Notes: generated by a model from the letters alone, not told the origin. A DNA stretch of 64,000 nucleotides from an uncultured Nitrospiraceae bacterium (GCA_963706325.1 CAVPLT010000001.1:768001-832000), one strand, 5' to 3'; positions 20,264 to 30,673 are shown, numbered from the stretch's first letter. A program made the numbers and translations.

Positions 20264-20986
20264 GTGAAAGAAGAGCAGAAATCTGCTGCGCGCCCCTCTG
20301 ACGAGGAACTCAAAGCGCGGAGTGATTCGTTCGAGGCGAAGCAGCCCTGGGACGTGCTGGAATACGCGCTCACGACCTATTCGCAACGGATTGTGCTTGC
20401 CTGCAGCTTTGGGGCAGAAGACGTGGCGCTGGTGGACATGATGCATCGTCTCGACCCGACTGCGCCGCTTTTTTACTTGGATACGGATTTTCTCTTTCCT
20501 GAAACGATTGATGTTCGCGATCGCATTATTGCGCATTATAATTTGAAGCCTGCGCAAGTCATTCAGATGAAATCGTTGGTGACGCCGGATCAGCAAGCCG
20601 TGCAGTACGGGCCGGCGCTTTGGGCAAGCAAGCCCGACCAGTGCTGTGAACTGAGGAAGCTCGAGCCACTCAGCCGCATCCTTGCGGACTACACAGCATG
20701 GATTACCGGAATCAGGCGCGACCAAGCTCCGACGCGAGCGAATGCTGGGCTCATCGAATGGGACCGGAAATTCAACCTGGTCAAAGTGAATCCCCTGGCC
20801 CGATGGAGCAGTGAAGAAGTCTGGATGTACCTCCAACTCCACGAAGTGCCCTATAACACCCTGCACGACCGCAATTATCCCAGCATCGGTTGCACGCATT
20901 GCACCGCGCCCGTCCTTCCGGGAGACGATCCTCGCTCGGGTCGGTGGAAGAACTTCGGCAAGACCGAGTGCGGATTGCACAAATAA
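20264..20986 (+). CDS. cysH: Adenylyl-sulfate (APS/PAPS) reductase
   Basis: SFGAED, CC..RK, YPSIGCTHCT, RSGRW, ECGLH; CC/CxxC indicates the Fe-S APS-reductase type. Confidence 0.95.
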   Translation: MKEEQKSAARPSDEELKARSDSFEAKQPWDVLEYALTTYSQRIVLACSFGAEDVALVDMMHRLDPTAPLFYLDTDFLFPETIDVRDRIIAHYNLKPAQVIQMKSLVTPDQQAVQYGPALWASKPDQCCELRKLEPLSRILADYTAWITGIRRDQAPTRANAGLIEWDRKFNLVKVNPLARWSSEEVWMYLQLHEVPYNTLHDRNYPSIGCTHCTAPVLPGDDPRSGRWKNFGKTECGLHK

Positions 20987-21028
20987 TTTCATCGTCATCC
21001 TGAAATCAGACAAGGTTATTACCATCAC

Positions 21029-22096
21029 ATGCAACATCTGCTCGCCAAAGTCGCCAAGGGCCAGAAAACATCGAAAGATCTCACGTGGGAAGAAGCCAAG
21101 CAGGCCATGCGGCTGATGATCGAAGGGACTGCCACGCCCGCGCAAATTGGTGCCTTTCTCATCGCCATGCGCTTCAAGTCTGAGTCCGTCACGGAATTGG
21201 CCGCCTTCACCGCCACGGCTCGGCAATATGTTCCTCCTGTGCCGGTGCGCGCCGGCCTTGGGGTAGTTGATGTGCCCGTCTATGCCGGCAAGCGGGAAAC
21301 GTTTCACGCGATCATTCCCGCGGCAATTGTCGCGGCAGCCACCGGGGCGGTGTTGCTGTTGCACGGAGTGGACGGTCCTCCGGATCGACTTGGAATTTCA
21401 TCGGTGCTGAAACTCTTAGGTATTCCGGTCGATAGGACCGCCAAATTGGTCGGGGCTGAACTCGAAAAGAAGGGCTTCGCGTATTTAGACCTGGCATTGT
21501 ATCACCCGCCGGTCAGCCGGTTTCTCGAAATGCGGCAGGAATTGGGGGTGCGAAACTTCTTCCATCCGGTGGCAAGAATGCTGAACCCCGCTCGCGCCAC
21601 CTCGCAGGTGATTGGGCTGTCGCATCCGCCATATTTTGAAAAGACGATTGAGGCGTTGCGCATGTTGAGCTGTCCGCGCGCCTTGGTGATCCGTGGGGTC
21701 GAGGGCGACCCGGAACTCTCGATCGGCAATTCGACACGGTTGCTGGAACTCAAGGAGGAGCGTATTACGCCCTTCACGTTTCAACCGAAAGATGCCGGGT
21801 TGACGATGGCCACCTTTCGTGAGATGGCCGGGTTTCCGGTCGAACAGCGGGAACGAGAAGCGGACCTGATCAAGCGATTATTGGCCAATGAAGTCCAGGG
21901 GGGGCAACGGGATTGGGTACTTCTCAATGCCGCCATGTTGCTGTATGCCTCCGGGAAGGGAACCTCGATTTCCGGAAATCTTGAGATGGCTCGTCGCGCG
22001 CTGGAGTCAGGCCAAGCCAAGACTAAACTGGCCGAATTGGTTGCGGTCTCGGGATCGGAAGCTGGCGCCGTGCAGAAGGTGAGTATGTCTGCGTGA
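21029..22096 (+). CDS. YbiB/TrpD2-like protein (anthranilate phosphoribosyltransferase fold)
   Basis: KDLTWEEA, QIGAFLIAMRFK.E...ELA, R.ELGVRN, SHPPY, RGVEG; lacks the TrpD GTGGD motif. Confidence 0.8.
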   Translation: MQHLLAKVAKGQKTSKDLTWEEAKQAMRLMIEGTATPAQIGAFLIAMRFKSESVTELAAFTATARQYVPPVPVRAGLGVVDVPVYAGKRETFHAIIPAAIVAAATGAVLLLHGVDGPPDRLGISSVLKLLGIPVDRTAKLVGAELEKKGFAYLDLALYHPPVSRFLEMRQELGVRNFFHPVARMLNPARATSQVIGLSHPPYFEKTIEALRMLSCPRALVIRGVEGDPELSIGNSTRLLELKEERITPFTFQPKDAGLTMATFREMAGFPVEQREREADLIKRLLANEVQGGQRDWVLLNAAMLLYASGKGTSISGNLEMARRALESGQAKTKLAELVAVSGSEAGAVQKVSMSA

Positions 22097-22112
22097 ACAA
22101 AGAGTATGAATC

Positions 22113-22910
22113 ATGAAACATTTGCGTCAGCTCGAAGATCAAAGCGTGTACATCCTTCGCGAAGCCTATAAGCATTTCAATCACCTCGCCATGCTCTGGT
22201 CGATGGGGAAAGATTCGACGGTGCTGTTGTGGTTGGCGCGCAAGGCCTTCTTTGGACATGTGCCTTTTCCGCTCCTGCACGTGGATACGAGTTACAAGAT
22301 TCCCGCGATGATCGAATATCGCGACCGCATTGCGCGTGAGTGGCGATTGAATCTGGTGGTGGGACAGAATAAGGCGGCCTTGGCAGCCGGGATGAACCAC
22401 ACGTTGGGGCGGGATGTCTGCTGCACGGCCTTGAAGACCAACGCGATGAAGGATTTAGTCGAAGAGAAAGGCTACACGGGCATTATTCTCGGGGTTCGCG
22501 CCGATGAGGACAGCACCAGGGCAAAGGAGCGGTACTTTTCCCCTCGCGACAAACATGGGGATTGGGATTTCCGCGACCAACCGCCTGAGCTGTGGGACCA
22601 GTTCAAAACCACTTTTCCACCCGGCACGCATATTCGGGTTCATCCCCTCCTCGATTGGACGGAGATCAACATCTGGGAGTACATCAAGTCCGAGAATATT
22701 CCCTTCATGGATCTGTATCTCGATAGAGGGGATGGAACGCGGTATCGCAGCCTAGGCTGCGCACCCTGTACCATGCCCATCAAATCCACAGCCAAGACAG
22801 TCGACGAAATTCTTATAGAACTCCGTGGGAGTCATGTAGCGGAACGGGCAGGGCGCGCACAGGATGCTGGTCGAGGCATGGAAATGCTTCGTAAGAAGGG
22901 CTACATGTGA
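22113..22910 (+). CDS. cysD: Sulfate adenylyltransferase subunit 2
   Basis: [26 protein letters not shown]. Confidence 0.97.
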   Translation: MKHLRQLEDQSVYILREAYKHFNHLAMLWSMGKDSTVLLWLARKAFFGHVPFPLLHVDTSYKIPAMIEYRDRIAREWRLNLVVGQNKAALAAGMNHTLGRDVCCTALKTNAMKDLVEEKGYTGIILGVRADEDSTRAKERYFSPRDKHGDWDFRDQPPELWDQFKTTFPPGTHIRVHPLLDWTEINIWEYIKSENIPFMDLYLDRGDGTRYRSLGCAPCTMPIKSTAKTVDEILIELRGSHVAERAGRAQDAGRGMEMLRKKGYM

Positions 22911-22992
22911 GATTGCTTTCACCGGTCGAACGTCTCCGAGAATCGGAGCCATGCAGAGCAGGAAACTAGGGCGTCATTGAACGAGTAACCAT

Positions 22993-24840
22993 ATGACAGA
23001 CCAGGATCAGGCCAAGCCGCAAGAGAGTCTTAACATCGTCATCGTGGGCCATGTCGATCACGGGAAATCCACATTGGTGGGACGACTTTATGCCGATACG
23101 GGTTCCTTGCCGGAAGGCAAGTTGGAAAAGGTTCAGGCTATTTGCCGCCAACAAGGTAAGGAGTTCGAGTACGCGTTCCTGTTTGACGCATTTTTGGAGG
23201 AACAGGAACAGGGCATTACGATCGACACTGCTAGGACGTTCTTCATCTGGAACGGGCGACAATACATCATTATTGACGCTCCCGGACACAAAGAGTTTTT
23301 GAAGAACATGATCTCCGGCGCCGCCCGTGCAGAAGCCGCGCTGCTGTTGATTGACGCGCTGGAAGGCGTTCGTGAACAATCGAAGAAGCACGGCTATCTG
23401 CTGTCGCTGCTCGGCGTGACGCAGTTTGCAGTCGTCGTCAACAAGATGGATTTGGTTGGTTATCGCCAGGATGTGTTCGACGGCATCGAAAAGGAGTATC
23501 GAGAGTTCCTAGGCCAGTTCGGGGCGGTTCCGCAACAAATGATCCCCGTCAGCGCCAAGCAGGGCGATAACATCGCGCTACGTAGCGGCAACATGAGTTG
23601 GTATCAGGGCCCCACGGTTCTGGAGACCCTGTCCTGCTTCAAAAAAGAACAGGTTCGCTCTGAACAACCGCTGCGGTTTCCGCTTCAGGATGTCTATAAG
23701 TTCGATGCGCGACGTATCTTGGCCGGGCGCATCACAGCCGGTCGTTTGAAGGTGGGGGATCAGTTGGTCTTCTCCCCTTCGAATAAGACGGCGGTGGTAC
23801 AGTCCATTGAAGGCTTCAACGTAGATCCTTTGCCGGTCGAGGCGCAAGCCGGGCAGTCAATCGGGATCACGCTCGACGAGCAAATTTTCGTGGAGCGCGG
23901 AGAAATCGCCTCGCATCGGGATTCGATCCCGTTGGTCTCCACGGCGATTCGCGTGAATTTATTCTGGATGGGAAGGCGGTCCCTTGAAAAGGGCCGGAAG
24001 TATACGTTGCGGCTCGCCACGCGAGAAGCAGTCTGCGAAGTCGCGACCATTCATCGCATTATCGATACTGCCGATCTGGCGCAGCTGCAGGAAAGCCAAT
24101 CGGTCACCAGGAACCAGGTGGCGGAATTGACCTTACGCCTTAAGGCCCCGTTGGCGTTCGATCTGTCGTCATCCTTCGAATCGACAGGGCGATTCGTGCT
24201 GGTCGACGAATACGACATTGCCGGCGGCGGGATTATCACCGAGCTGGTGCACGATGATCAGGAAGGCCTGCGCGAAGAGGCCCGGCAGCGAGAATACGCG
24301 TGGCTGACAGGGGATGTACGGCCAGAGGACCGAGCGATACAGTACGGACACAGGGCCGCTATTGTGCTGTTTACCGGATCGGCACAGACCGGCAAGACGT
24401 TTTTGGCTCGACGAGTGGAGTCGTTGCTGGTCGCCGATAGCCGACACGCATATTTGTTGGAAGGCGAAAACCTGCTGCAGGGATTGGATGCGGATTTATC
24501 CGCCGCCGATCCGTCCTTCGCGGCTGAACGAGTACGGCGGTATGGAGAGGTTGCGAGACTCCTGATCGATACGGGGCTGATTGTCGTGTCGACGAGCAAA
24601 ACCTTTGGCATCAATTATCAACGGATGGCGGACATGATTCGAACCTTGGTCCAGCCGGCTCCTGTCATCGCTGTGCATATGAGCAGGGCCGGCGAAGAGG
24701 CACCCCCCAATACCGACCTGCATTTTGCTGGACCGCAGGATTTTGACGGCGCTGCCCGACAAATTCTTGAAGAACTGAAGCGACGCGGTGTGCTGATCGA
24801 AACCTCAGGAACCAAGTCCACCAGTCAGTATTCAATCTAA
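22993..24840 (+). CDS. cysN: Sulfate adenylyltransferase subunit 1 with a degenerate C-terminal APS-kinase domain
   Basis: [25 protein letters not shown]-terminal CysC-like domain with altered motifs. Confidence 0.93.
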   Translation: MTDQDQAKPQESLNIVIVGHVDHGKSTLVGRLYADTGSLPEGKLEKVQAICRQQGKEFEYAFLFDAFLEEQEQGITIDTARTFFIWNGRQYIIIDAPGHKEFLKNMISGAARAEAALLLIDALEGVREQSKKHGYLLSLLGVTQFAVVVNKMDLVGYRQDVFDGIEKEYREFLGQFGAVPQQMIPVSAKQGDNIALRSGNMSWYQGPTVLETLSCFKKEQVRSEQPLRFPLQDVYKFDARRILAGRITAGRLKVGDQLVFSPSNKTAVVQSIEGFNVDPLPVEAQAGQSIGITLDEQIFVERGEIASHRDSIPLVSTAIRVNLFWMGRRSLEKGRKYTLRLATREAVCEVATIHRIIDTADLAQLQESQSVTRNQVAELTLRLKAPLAFDLSSSFESTGRFVLVDEYDIAGGGIITELVHDDQEGLREEARQREYAWLTGDVRPEDRAIQYGHRAAIVLFTGSAQTGKTFLARRVESLLVADSRHAYLLEGENLLQGLDADLSAADPSFAAERVRRYGEVARLLIDTGLIVVSTSKTFGINYQRMADMIRTLVQPAPVIAVHMSRAGEEAPPNTDLHFAGPQDFDGAARQILEELKRRGVLIETSGTKSTSQYSI

Positions 24841-24857
24841 TGCGCGCGCCGGGTTGT

Positions 24858-24887
24858 TTGACTCCTTCGAAACCCCTGTGGTAGCGT
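24858..24887 (+). promoter_or_regulatory. Putative promoter for the mrp module
   Basis: TTGACT-18-TAGCGT with an extended TG. Confidence 0.35.
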
Positions 24888-24915
24888 TCGAAATCAACAA
24901 TTTCGAGGGGTTTCC

Positions 24916-25842
24916 ATGACCATTGCGGCCGGCAAGGATCTCAAGTCGATCCTCACGAAGCTTCAGTATTCGGACGATGCCAAAGTCGTTCAGCAGATTA
25001 CTGCGCAGATGAAGCAGGTCCAGGCTCGGATGGCCCGCGTCAAGCAGAAGTTGGTAGTGATGAGCGGCAAGGGCGGAGTCGGGAAGAGCATGACGACCGT
25101 CAATCTCGCGCTGGCACTCGCGCGTCAGGGCGCGAGGGTCGGTTTGCTGGATGTGGATCTGAACGGCCCTTGTGTGCCGAGAATGATGGGGATGCATGGC
25201 CAGTCGCTGACCATGACTCCAGAGGGGGCGCTGCCTCCGGTGGGCCCGCTCGGCATTAAAGTGGCGTCGATGGATTTTTTCCTCGATGATGCCTCGCCGG
25301 TGCGGTGGAAGGGACCGATGGATTTGAGCCCCGTCTGGCTGGGTCTGATGGAAATGAATGTCATTCGAGAATTTCTGGCCGATGTCATCTGGGGTGAGCT
25401 GGACTATCTCCTTGCGGACCTGCCTCCAGGTGCGGCTGCCGATAAACCGCCGGTCATCGCGGGATTCATTCCTGACCTCGCGGGCGCCATCGTCGTGACC
25501 ACGCCGTCTGAAGTCGCTTCTGATGTGGTGCAGAAATCCGTTACCTACGCGCGGGACATGGGGATACGGGTTTTAGGCATCGTTGAAAACATGAGTGAGT
25601 ATCGCTGCCCCTCTTGCGGGGTTGAGAATGAGTTGTTTGAAGGGGATACCGAGGCGATGTGTGAAGTGCTGGACCTGCCGCTGCTTGGGCGTATCCCGTT
25701 CGACCGCAAGTTGGCCAAAACATTTGATAAAGGACAGCCGCTTCTCGACCCTGACTACCCCACGATTCAAAAATATCAGGACATCGTCGGGCGAATTCAA
25801 TCATTGCTGGACTATAAAAAGGTCCTGGCGGAGAACCTGTAA
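24916..25842 (+). CDS. Mrp/ApbC/NBP35 Fe-S carrier P-loop ATPase
   Basis: SGKGGVGKS, DVDLNGP, WGELDYL..DLPPG, VTTP, ENMS..CPSC. Confidence 0.92.
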   Translation: MTIAAGKDLKSILTKLQYSDDAKVVQQITAQMKQVQARMARVKQKLVVMSGKGGVGKSMTTVNLALALARQGARVGLLDVDLNGPCVPRMMGMHGQSLTMTPEGALPPVGPLGIKVASMDFFLDDASPVRWKGPMDLSPVWLGLMEMNVIREFLADVIWGELDYLLADLPPGAAADKPPVIAGFIPDLAGAIVVTTPSEVASDVVQKSVTYARDMGIRVLGIVENMSEYRCPSCGVENELFEGDTEAMCEVLDLPLLGRIPFDRKLAKTFDKGQPLLDPDYPTIQKYQDIVGRIQSLLDYKKVLAENL

Positions 25843-25867
25843 TGCTCCGACCGGGAAGGGAGATTCT

Positions 25868-26620
25868 ATGAAGTTCGTTTGCCTGAACTGCGAGACCTAC
25901 ATGACGTTTCAAAAGGTCGAAAAACCCGGTGAGGGCTCACTCGGTGTCTTTTTCGGCTGCCCATCTTGTGAGGCCAAATTCTCCATGGTGACGAATCCTG
26001 GCGAAACGCAAATGGTGGCGTCACTCGGCGTGAAGCTTGGAGGCCGTACGGAGACGGCTGAGCCGTTCGAAATGACCCGCGGAACTCTGAAAGACGAAGC
26101 GCAGGCCGGCGCAGGGCAAATGGCTGCCTATCTCAATGAAAAAATCCAGGGAGGTCAGTCGGTAGCGGCTGCAGAAAAGCCTAGTACTCCCTCCTCAGGA
26201 GAAAAGACGTCCGGCGGTTGTCCATTCTCTGCCATGGTGGCGGACATGGGATTGACCGCAAGCGGCAAACCACAAAACGGGAACGGCACGAACGAATTCA
26301 CCTGGTCGGCCGATGCCAAGGAAAAACTCGAGCGCCTGCCGTCCTTTGTGAAGCCAATGGTTCAAAGCAGTGTCGAAGCCTATGCCCGCAAGCACGGATA
26401 CAAGAATATTACGCTCCAAGTCATGGATGACTCCAAAAACGATTCTCCCAACGGTGTGCCTTGGACTAAGGATGCCGAGCAGAGGATGGACAACATTCCT
26501 GATTTCATCCGACCAATGGCACGGCGGGAAATTGAGCGGATTGCGAAGGAGCGTGGGCTGACAGAAATCACCGCCCAGGTGATGGACGAGGCCAAAGAGA
26601 AATTCATGAAGTTCATGTAG
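25868..26620 (+). CDS. Zn-ribbon + 2x PCP_red (BchB C-terminal-like) domain protein
   Basis: CLNC..CPSC, GGCPF, WSADAKEKLERLPSFVKP..VEAYARKHG...IT, WTKDAEQRMDNIPDFIRP..IERIAKERG..EIT; GGGAG RBS before ATG 25868. Confidence 0.85.
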   Translation: MKFVCLNCETYMTFQKVEKPGEGSLGVFFGCPSCEAKFSMVTNPGETQMVASLGVKLGGRTETAEPFEMTRGTLKDEAQAGAGQMAAYLNEKIQGGQSVAAAEKPSTPSSGEKTSGGCPFSAMVADMGLTASGKPQNGNGTNEFTWSADAKEKLERLPSFVKPMVQSSVEAYARKHGYKNITLQVMDDSKNDSPNGVPWTKDAEQRMDNIPDFIRPMARREIERIAKERGLTEITAQVMDEAKEKFMKFM

Positions 26621-26631
26621 CCGACGAATGC

Positions 26632-27468
26632 ATGCGTAAGCCGAGCGTGTGGCCCATCTGGCAGCCCGGATGGGCCGTTCCATTCCCGCCTTTATCTCCA
26701 TCTCGACTGATTCTGTGTCTGAGACTTCTCGGGTTTTGGCTCGTATCGTTGCTCTGTTTTCTCGTCCCGATTTTAATTGCCTCTCCTCTGATCGCCCAGC
26801 CTGCCGAACAAGGCCACTTCAGAGTTCAAGAGCAGCACACCCATCACCATGAAAATGGAACAAGGACGAATTGGGAAGGGTCGGCTAGAGGCATTGCCTA
26901 TTCTGAGTTCAACCATCATTTCGCCGGCGTGTTCATTCTCCTAATTGGCCTGAGCGAAATTCGCCATGCGTTGGGATGGCCCGCTCTTGTGTGGACGAGA
27001 TTCCTGCTTCCAGGCGCATTTACGGTCGGAGGAGTCTTTCTTCTTATCTGGAGTGATCATGATTCCTGGCCGATCGGGTCGTTGACCTTCGCTCAGACGT
27101 TCTTTGGCGATGATCCGGAGATTATTCAGCATAAGATCTATGGGATCCTGGCCTGTGCGGTCGGAACAATTGAATGCCTGCGGCGGCTCGGCTGGTTTGC
27201 CCATGCAGCTTGGACCGTGCCGCTACCGCTCTTTGCCATTGTGGGTGGCGTCATGTTGTTCAACCATTCCCATGGTGACCATTCCGCCGGCTACAAGATA
27301 GCGCTGCATCATGCGATCATGGGGACCATGGCTATTACCGCTGGGTCATCCAAGCTGTTGTCCGGTTGGCGAGGACGGGAACGCCTGAGTGAGCGATCTT
27401 ATTGGGACCTCATGTGGGCATGCCTCGTGGTTCTGATTGGCCTGCAGTTGCTCATTTATTCCGAGTGA
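26632..27468 (+). CDS. His-rich polytopic membrane protein
   Basis: HTHHH, EFNHH, SDHD, QHK, HSHGDH, LHH; several hydrophobic segments; start uncertain. Confidence 0.75.
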   Translation: MRKPSVWPIWQPGWAVPFPPLSPSRLILCLRLLGFWLVSLLCFLVPILIASPLIAQPAEQGHFRVQEQHTHHHENGTRTNWEGSARGIAYSEFNHHFAGVFILLIGLSEIRHALGWPALVWTRFLLPGAFTVGGVFLLIWSDHDSWPIGSLTFAQTFFGDDPEIIQHKIYGILACAVGTIECLRRLGWFAHAAWTVPLPLFAIVGGVMLFNHSHGDHSAGYKIALHHAIMGTMAITAGSSKLLSGWRGRERLSERSYWDLMWACLVVLIGLQLLIYSE

Positions 27469-27653
27469 CGTCAGGTCTGTGCCAGGGGTGGTCCTTGTAG
27501 TGAGCCTTTATGGCCCAGCGGTCTGCGACCGGTTCCCGGCTCGTTGCGTTGACACCCCTGTTGGGTCTGTGTTAGCTGTAATTTTCTGGTTTCAGATTAT
27601 GCTGCGTGCCTGAACGGGCCGTGAGTCGGCTAGTCCAGGGAAGAGGAGTCGCC

Positions 27654-28409
27654 ATGGGTGGCCATAGCCATTGGGCAACGATCAAGCGTCATAAGTCGGC
27701 AGTCGATGCGAAGCGTGGTAAAGTGTTTACCCGCATAATCCGCGAGTTGACGATTGCGGCGAGGTCAGGCGGCGATCCAGACGGCAATCCCCGCTTGCGG
27801 TTGGCGATTGCCAAGGCCAAAGAAGCCAACATGCCGGGCGATAATATGAAGAAGGCCATTCAGCGCGGCACAGGGGAACTGCCCGGCGTCACCTATGAAG
27901 AGTTTTCGCTTGAAGGGTACGGTCCCGGAGGAACAGCCGTCTTGATGGAAATTACGTCGGATAACCGTAATCGCACGGTGGCTGAGATCCGCAATTTACT
28001 GACCAAGAACGGCGGCAATATGGCTGAGGCAGGTGCCGTGGCCTGGCAGTTTCACAAAAAAGGTGTCTTGGTGATCGAAAGAGGGAAGGTTGAGGAAGAC
28101 GCTCTCCTCACCATTGCCCTGGAAGCCGGTGCCGAAGATGTCAAGGTAACCGACAAGGCATTCGAAGTGCTCACCAGCCCGCACGATTTTGAGCCCGTTA
28201 AAAAAGCGCTGAGCGACGCGAAAATCGAGTGCACGCTTGCCGAATTGAATTTCATCCCTCAGAATACGATTGCGTTGGAAGAAAGACCGGCCGAACAAAT
28301 GTTGAGGCTTATGGAAATTCTGGACGAACACGAAGACGTGCAGAAGGTTCATGCGAATTTTGACATTTCTGATGAGGTCATGGAGAAGGTCGCCGCCGCC
28401 ACCGCGTAA
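27654..28409 (+). CDS. yebC: YebC/PmpR family protein
   Basis: MGGHSHWATIKRHK, EGYGPGG, SDNRNRT. Confidence 0.96.
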   Translation: MGGHSHWATIKRHKSAVDAKRGKVFTRIIRELTIAARSGGDPDGNPRLRLAIAKAKEANMPGDNMKKAIQRGTGELPGVTYEEFSLEGYGPGGTAVLMEITSDNRNRTVAEIRNLLTKNGGNMAEAGAVAWQFHKKGVLVIERGKVEEDALLTIALEAGAEDVKVTDKAFEVLTSPHDFEPVKKALSDAKIECTLAELNFIPQNTIALEERPAEQMLRLMEILDEHEDVQKVHANFDISDEVMEKVAAATA

Positions 28410-28490
28410 TCCGGGAGTATCGGCACTGAGTATCGAAGCTCGCGCAACGCATTCAACCGTTCGACATTCTCACTTCTCGCTGCCGATTTC

Positions 28491-29099
28491 ATGATCGCCT
28501 TACTGACAGGCCACTTGGCCTTCAAGGCGCCTTCCCAGGTGACGCTTGATGTCCACGGCGTCGGCTACGAAGTGTTGATTCCCCTCAGTACCTATTACTC
28601 GTTACCCAATCAGCAGGAGCTGGTCACGCTCAGCATTCATACCCACGTGCGTGAAGATGCCATTCAGCTCTTTGGGTTTATGACTACGGCCGAGAAAGAG
28701 GCATTCCTTCTGCTGACAGGGATTTCCGGAATCGGGCCAAAACTGGGTCTCAGCGTCTTGTCTACGCTGTCGGTCCGCGACCTCTCCGCAGCCATTCAGG
28801 CAGGTGACATAGAGAAATTGGGAACGGTCTCCGGCATCGGCAGAAAGTCCGCGGCGAGAATCGCGCTTGAGTTGAAAGACAAAGTGGCGCGACTCCAACC
28901 GGTCGGGGAAGCTACTGAACCGGAGACTAGAGCGGACAGCGATCCTCTCTATGAAGATGCATTGTCGGCCCTCGTCAATCTTGGGTATAGGCTTCCAGAT
29001 GTCAAAGATACACTGAAGAAAATCGAGAAGTCAGGAGCAGCGGCGCAAGGGCTGAAGGATGTGATTCGCGAGGCACTTAAAGATCTTGCCAAGGGGTAA
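28491..29099 (+). CDS. ruvA: Holliday junction migration protein RuvA
   Basis: GVGYEV, HVREDA..LFGF, GIGPK, ALVNLGY. Confidence 0.97.
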   Translation: MIALLTGHLAFKAPSQVTLDVHGVGYEVLIPLSTYYSLPNQQELVTLSIHTHVREDAIQLFGFMTTAEKEAFLLLTGISGIGPKLGLSVLSTLSVRDLSAAIQAGDIEKLGTVSGIGRKSAARIALELKDKVARLQPVGEATEPETRADSDPLYEDALSALVNLGYRLPDVKDTLKKIEKSGAAAQGLKDVIREALKDLAKG

Positions 29100-29102
29100 T
29101 CC

Positions 29103-29606
29103 ATGACGACAAGCTCTCGTGGAGGATGTACTCGATATCGATTAGGCAGTGCAGTGGGAATCGCGTTCTGCGGATTGCTGTTATGGCTTGGGGCAGCCAG
29201 CCTCCTACATGCAGGTGAAGGAGAGGAGCTCAAGTCCATTCGCAAGACCTGTGGCGCTTGCCCTGACGGGTATGCCACCACAGGCGTGACCAACGCGCCG
29301 GAAATCTGCAAGGATGGCGAGCCGACTTTAGTCCAGTGTGTGCCCTTAGGTGGCAACCTGCTTTCGGTCTGTGGAATATGCCCGGAGGGGTACTCCGAGA
29401 TCGGCCATTCGAACATGCCATCGCGTTGTGGGGCCAAAGAGGGCGGCCTCATGTCGCAGTGTCAGTCTTCGCAGCTGGGGTCCAGCCTGCCCGATCCAAA
29501 TCAAGGTGGGGTGAAGTGCCCACCCGATTGCGGCAGCACGGCAGCTCCTGGTGTCGGGACCGCCCCGCCGCCTCCCAAATTCAGGCCAGCACCGGAACAG
29601 AAATAA
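29103..29606 (+). CDS. Cys-rich secreted hypothetical protein
   Basis: Signal peptide; two CGxCPxGY repeats; Pro-rich tail. Confidence 0.75.
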   Translation: MTTSSRGGCTRYRLGSAVGIAFCGLLLWLGAASLLHAGEGEELKSIRKTCGACPDGYATTGVTNAPEICKDGEPTLVQCVPLGGNLLSVCGICPEGYSEIGHSNMPSRCGAKEGGLMSQCQSSQLGSSLPDPNQGGVKCPPDCGSTAAPGVGTAPPPPKFRPAPEQK

Positions 29607-29635
29607 CATCGCTTGTTGAACCGCCGGACCGCCTC

Positions 29636-30673
29636 ATGCCAGATCGAACCGTGACGAACCAACTGACCGACGATGAGCGTGGCATCGAAGCCGCGCTCCG
29701 TCCACAGAGTTTGCGGGAGTATGTCGGCCAGTCACGCATGAAGGACGCCTTGGAGATCTGTATCGCGGCAGCCAAGCGTCGTGGCGAGGCACTCGATCAT
29801 GCCATTTTCTATGGCCCACCTGGGCTCGGGAAGACGACCATCGCCCACATTATCGCGCGAGAGATGGGATCGGCCATTCGATCGACCTCCGGGCTGGTCC
29901 TGAGTCACGCGGGCGATCTCGCGGCAATCCTGACGAATTTGCAAGAACGGGATGTGTTGTTCATTGATGAGATCCATCGGTTGCCCGCCTCCGTAGAGGA
30001 AGCGCTGTATCCGGCGATGGAAGATTACCAGCTCGATCTCGTCGTCGGGCAAGGGGCGTCGACCAGGACGATCAAGCTTGAGTTACCGCGGTTTACTCTC
30101 GTGGGGGCCACGACCAGGGCCGGGGCTTTGACTTCGCCGTTGCGGGACCGGTTCGGGCTCGTTCACAGACTGGAGTTCTACTCTGCCCCAGAATTGACCG
30201 CCATCGTGACGCGGTCAGCGGGGTTGCTGAATATTCCGATCGATGCGGCCGGCGCGGCGGAGATCGCCCGACGGGCTCGCGGTACGCCACGCATCGTGAA
30301 TCGCTTGATCAAGCGAATCAGGGACTACGCCGAGGTCAAGGCCGAAGGACACATCACGCAACAAGTGGCGCAGGATGCCCTGGTCTGGCTGGCTGTCGAT
30401 GCGGCCGGCCTTGATGAGATGGACCGCAAGATCCTCCTGACGGTGATCGAAAAGTTCAGTGGGGGACCGGTGGGGGTGGACTCCCTGTCCGCGGCCGTGC
30501 AGGAGGACAGGGGTACGCTGGAGGATGTGTACGAACCCTATCTCATTCAGGCGGGCTTTTTAGAGAGGACCGGCAGGGGGCGTCAAGCGACCAGGCTGGC
30601 TTTTGAGCATTTCAAAAAACACAAGGATCTCCTCTCCCTTTCGGATGAAGCGACATCGATCACAACTCCTTGA
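29636..30673 (+). CDS. ruvB: Holliday junction helicase RuvB
   Basis: [34 protein letters not shown]. Confidence 0.98.
   Translation: MPDRTVTNQLTDDERGIEAALRPQSLREYVGQSRMKDALEICIAAAKRRGEALDHAIFYGPPGLGKTTIAHIIAREMGSAIRSTSGLVLSHAGDLAAILTNLQERDVLFIDEIHRLPASVEEALYPAMEDYQLDLVVGQGASTRTIKLELPRFTLVGATTRAGALTSPLRDRFGLVHRLEFYSAPELTAIVTRSAGLLNIPIDAAGAAEIARRARGTPRIVNRLIKRIRDYAEVKAEGHITQQVAQDALVWLAVDAAGLDEMDRKILLTVIEKFSGGPVGVDSLSAAVQEDRGTLEDVYEPYLIQAGFLERTGRGRQATRLAFEHFKKHKDLLSLSDEATSITTP

Noticed and set aside
20066..21364. Long antisense ORF (432 aa) and similar shadow ORFs
   Set aside because: They overlap well-supported genes on the opposite strand, as expected at high GC, and have no motifs
21029..22096. 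Annotation as true trpD
   Set aside because: Lacks the GTGGD and KHGN motifs and has no trp neighbours
25868..26620. PCP_red domains as evidence of (bacterio)chlorophyll synthesis
   Set aside because: No BchN/BchB catalytic domains or other photosynthesis genes in the window
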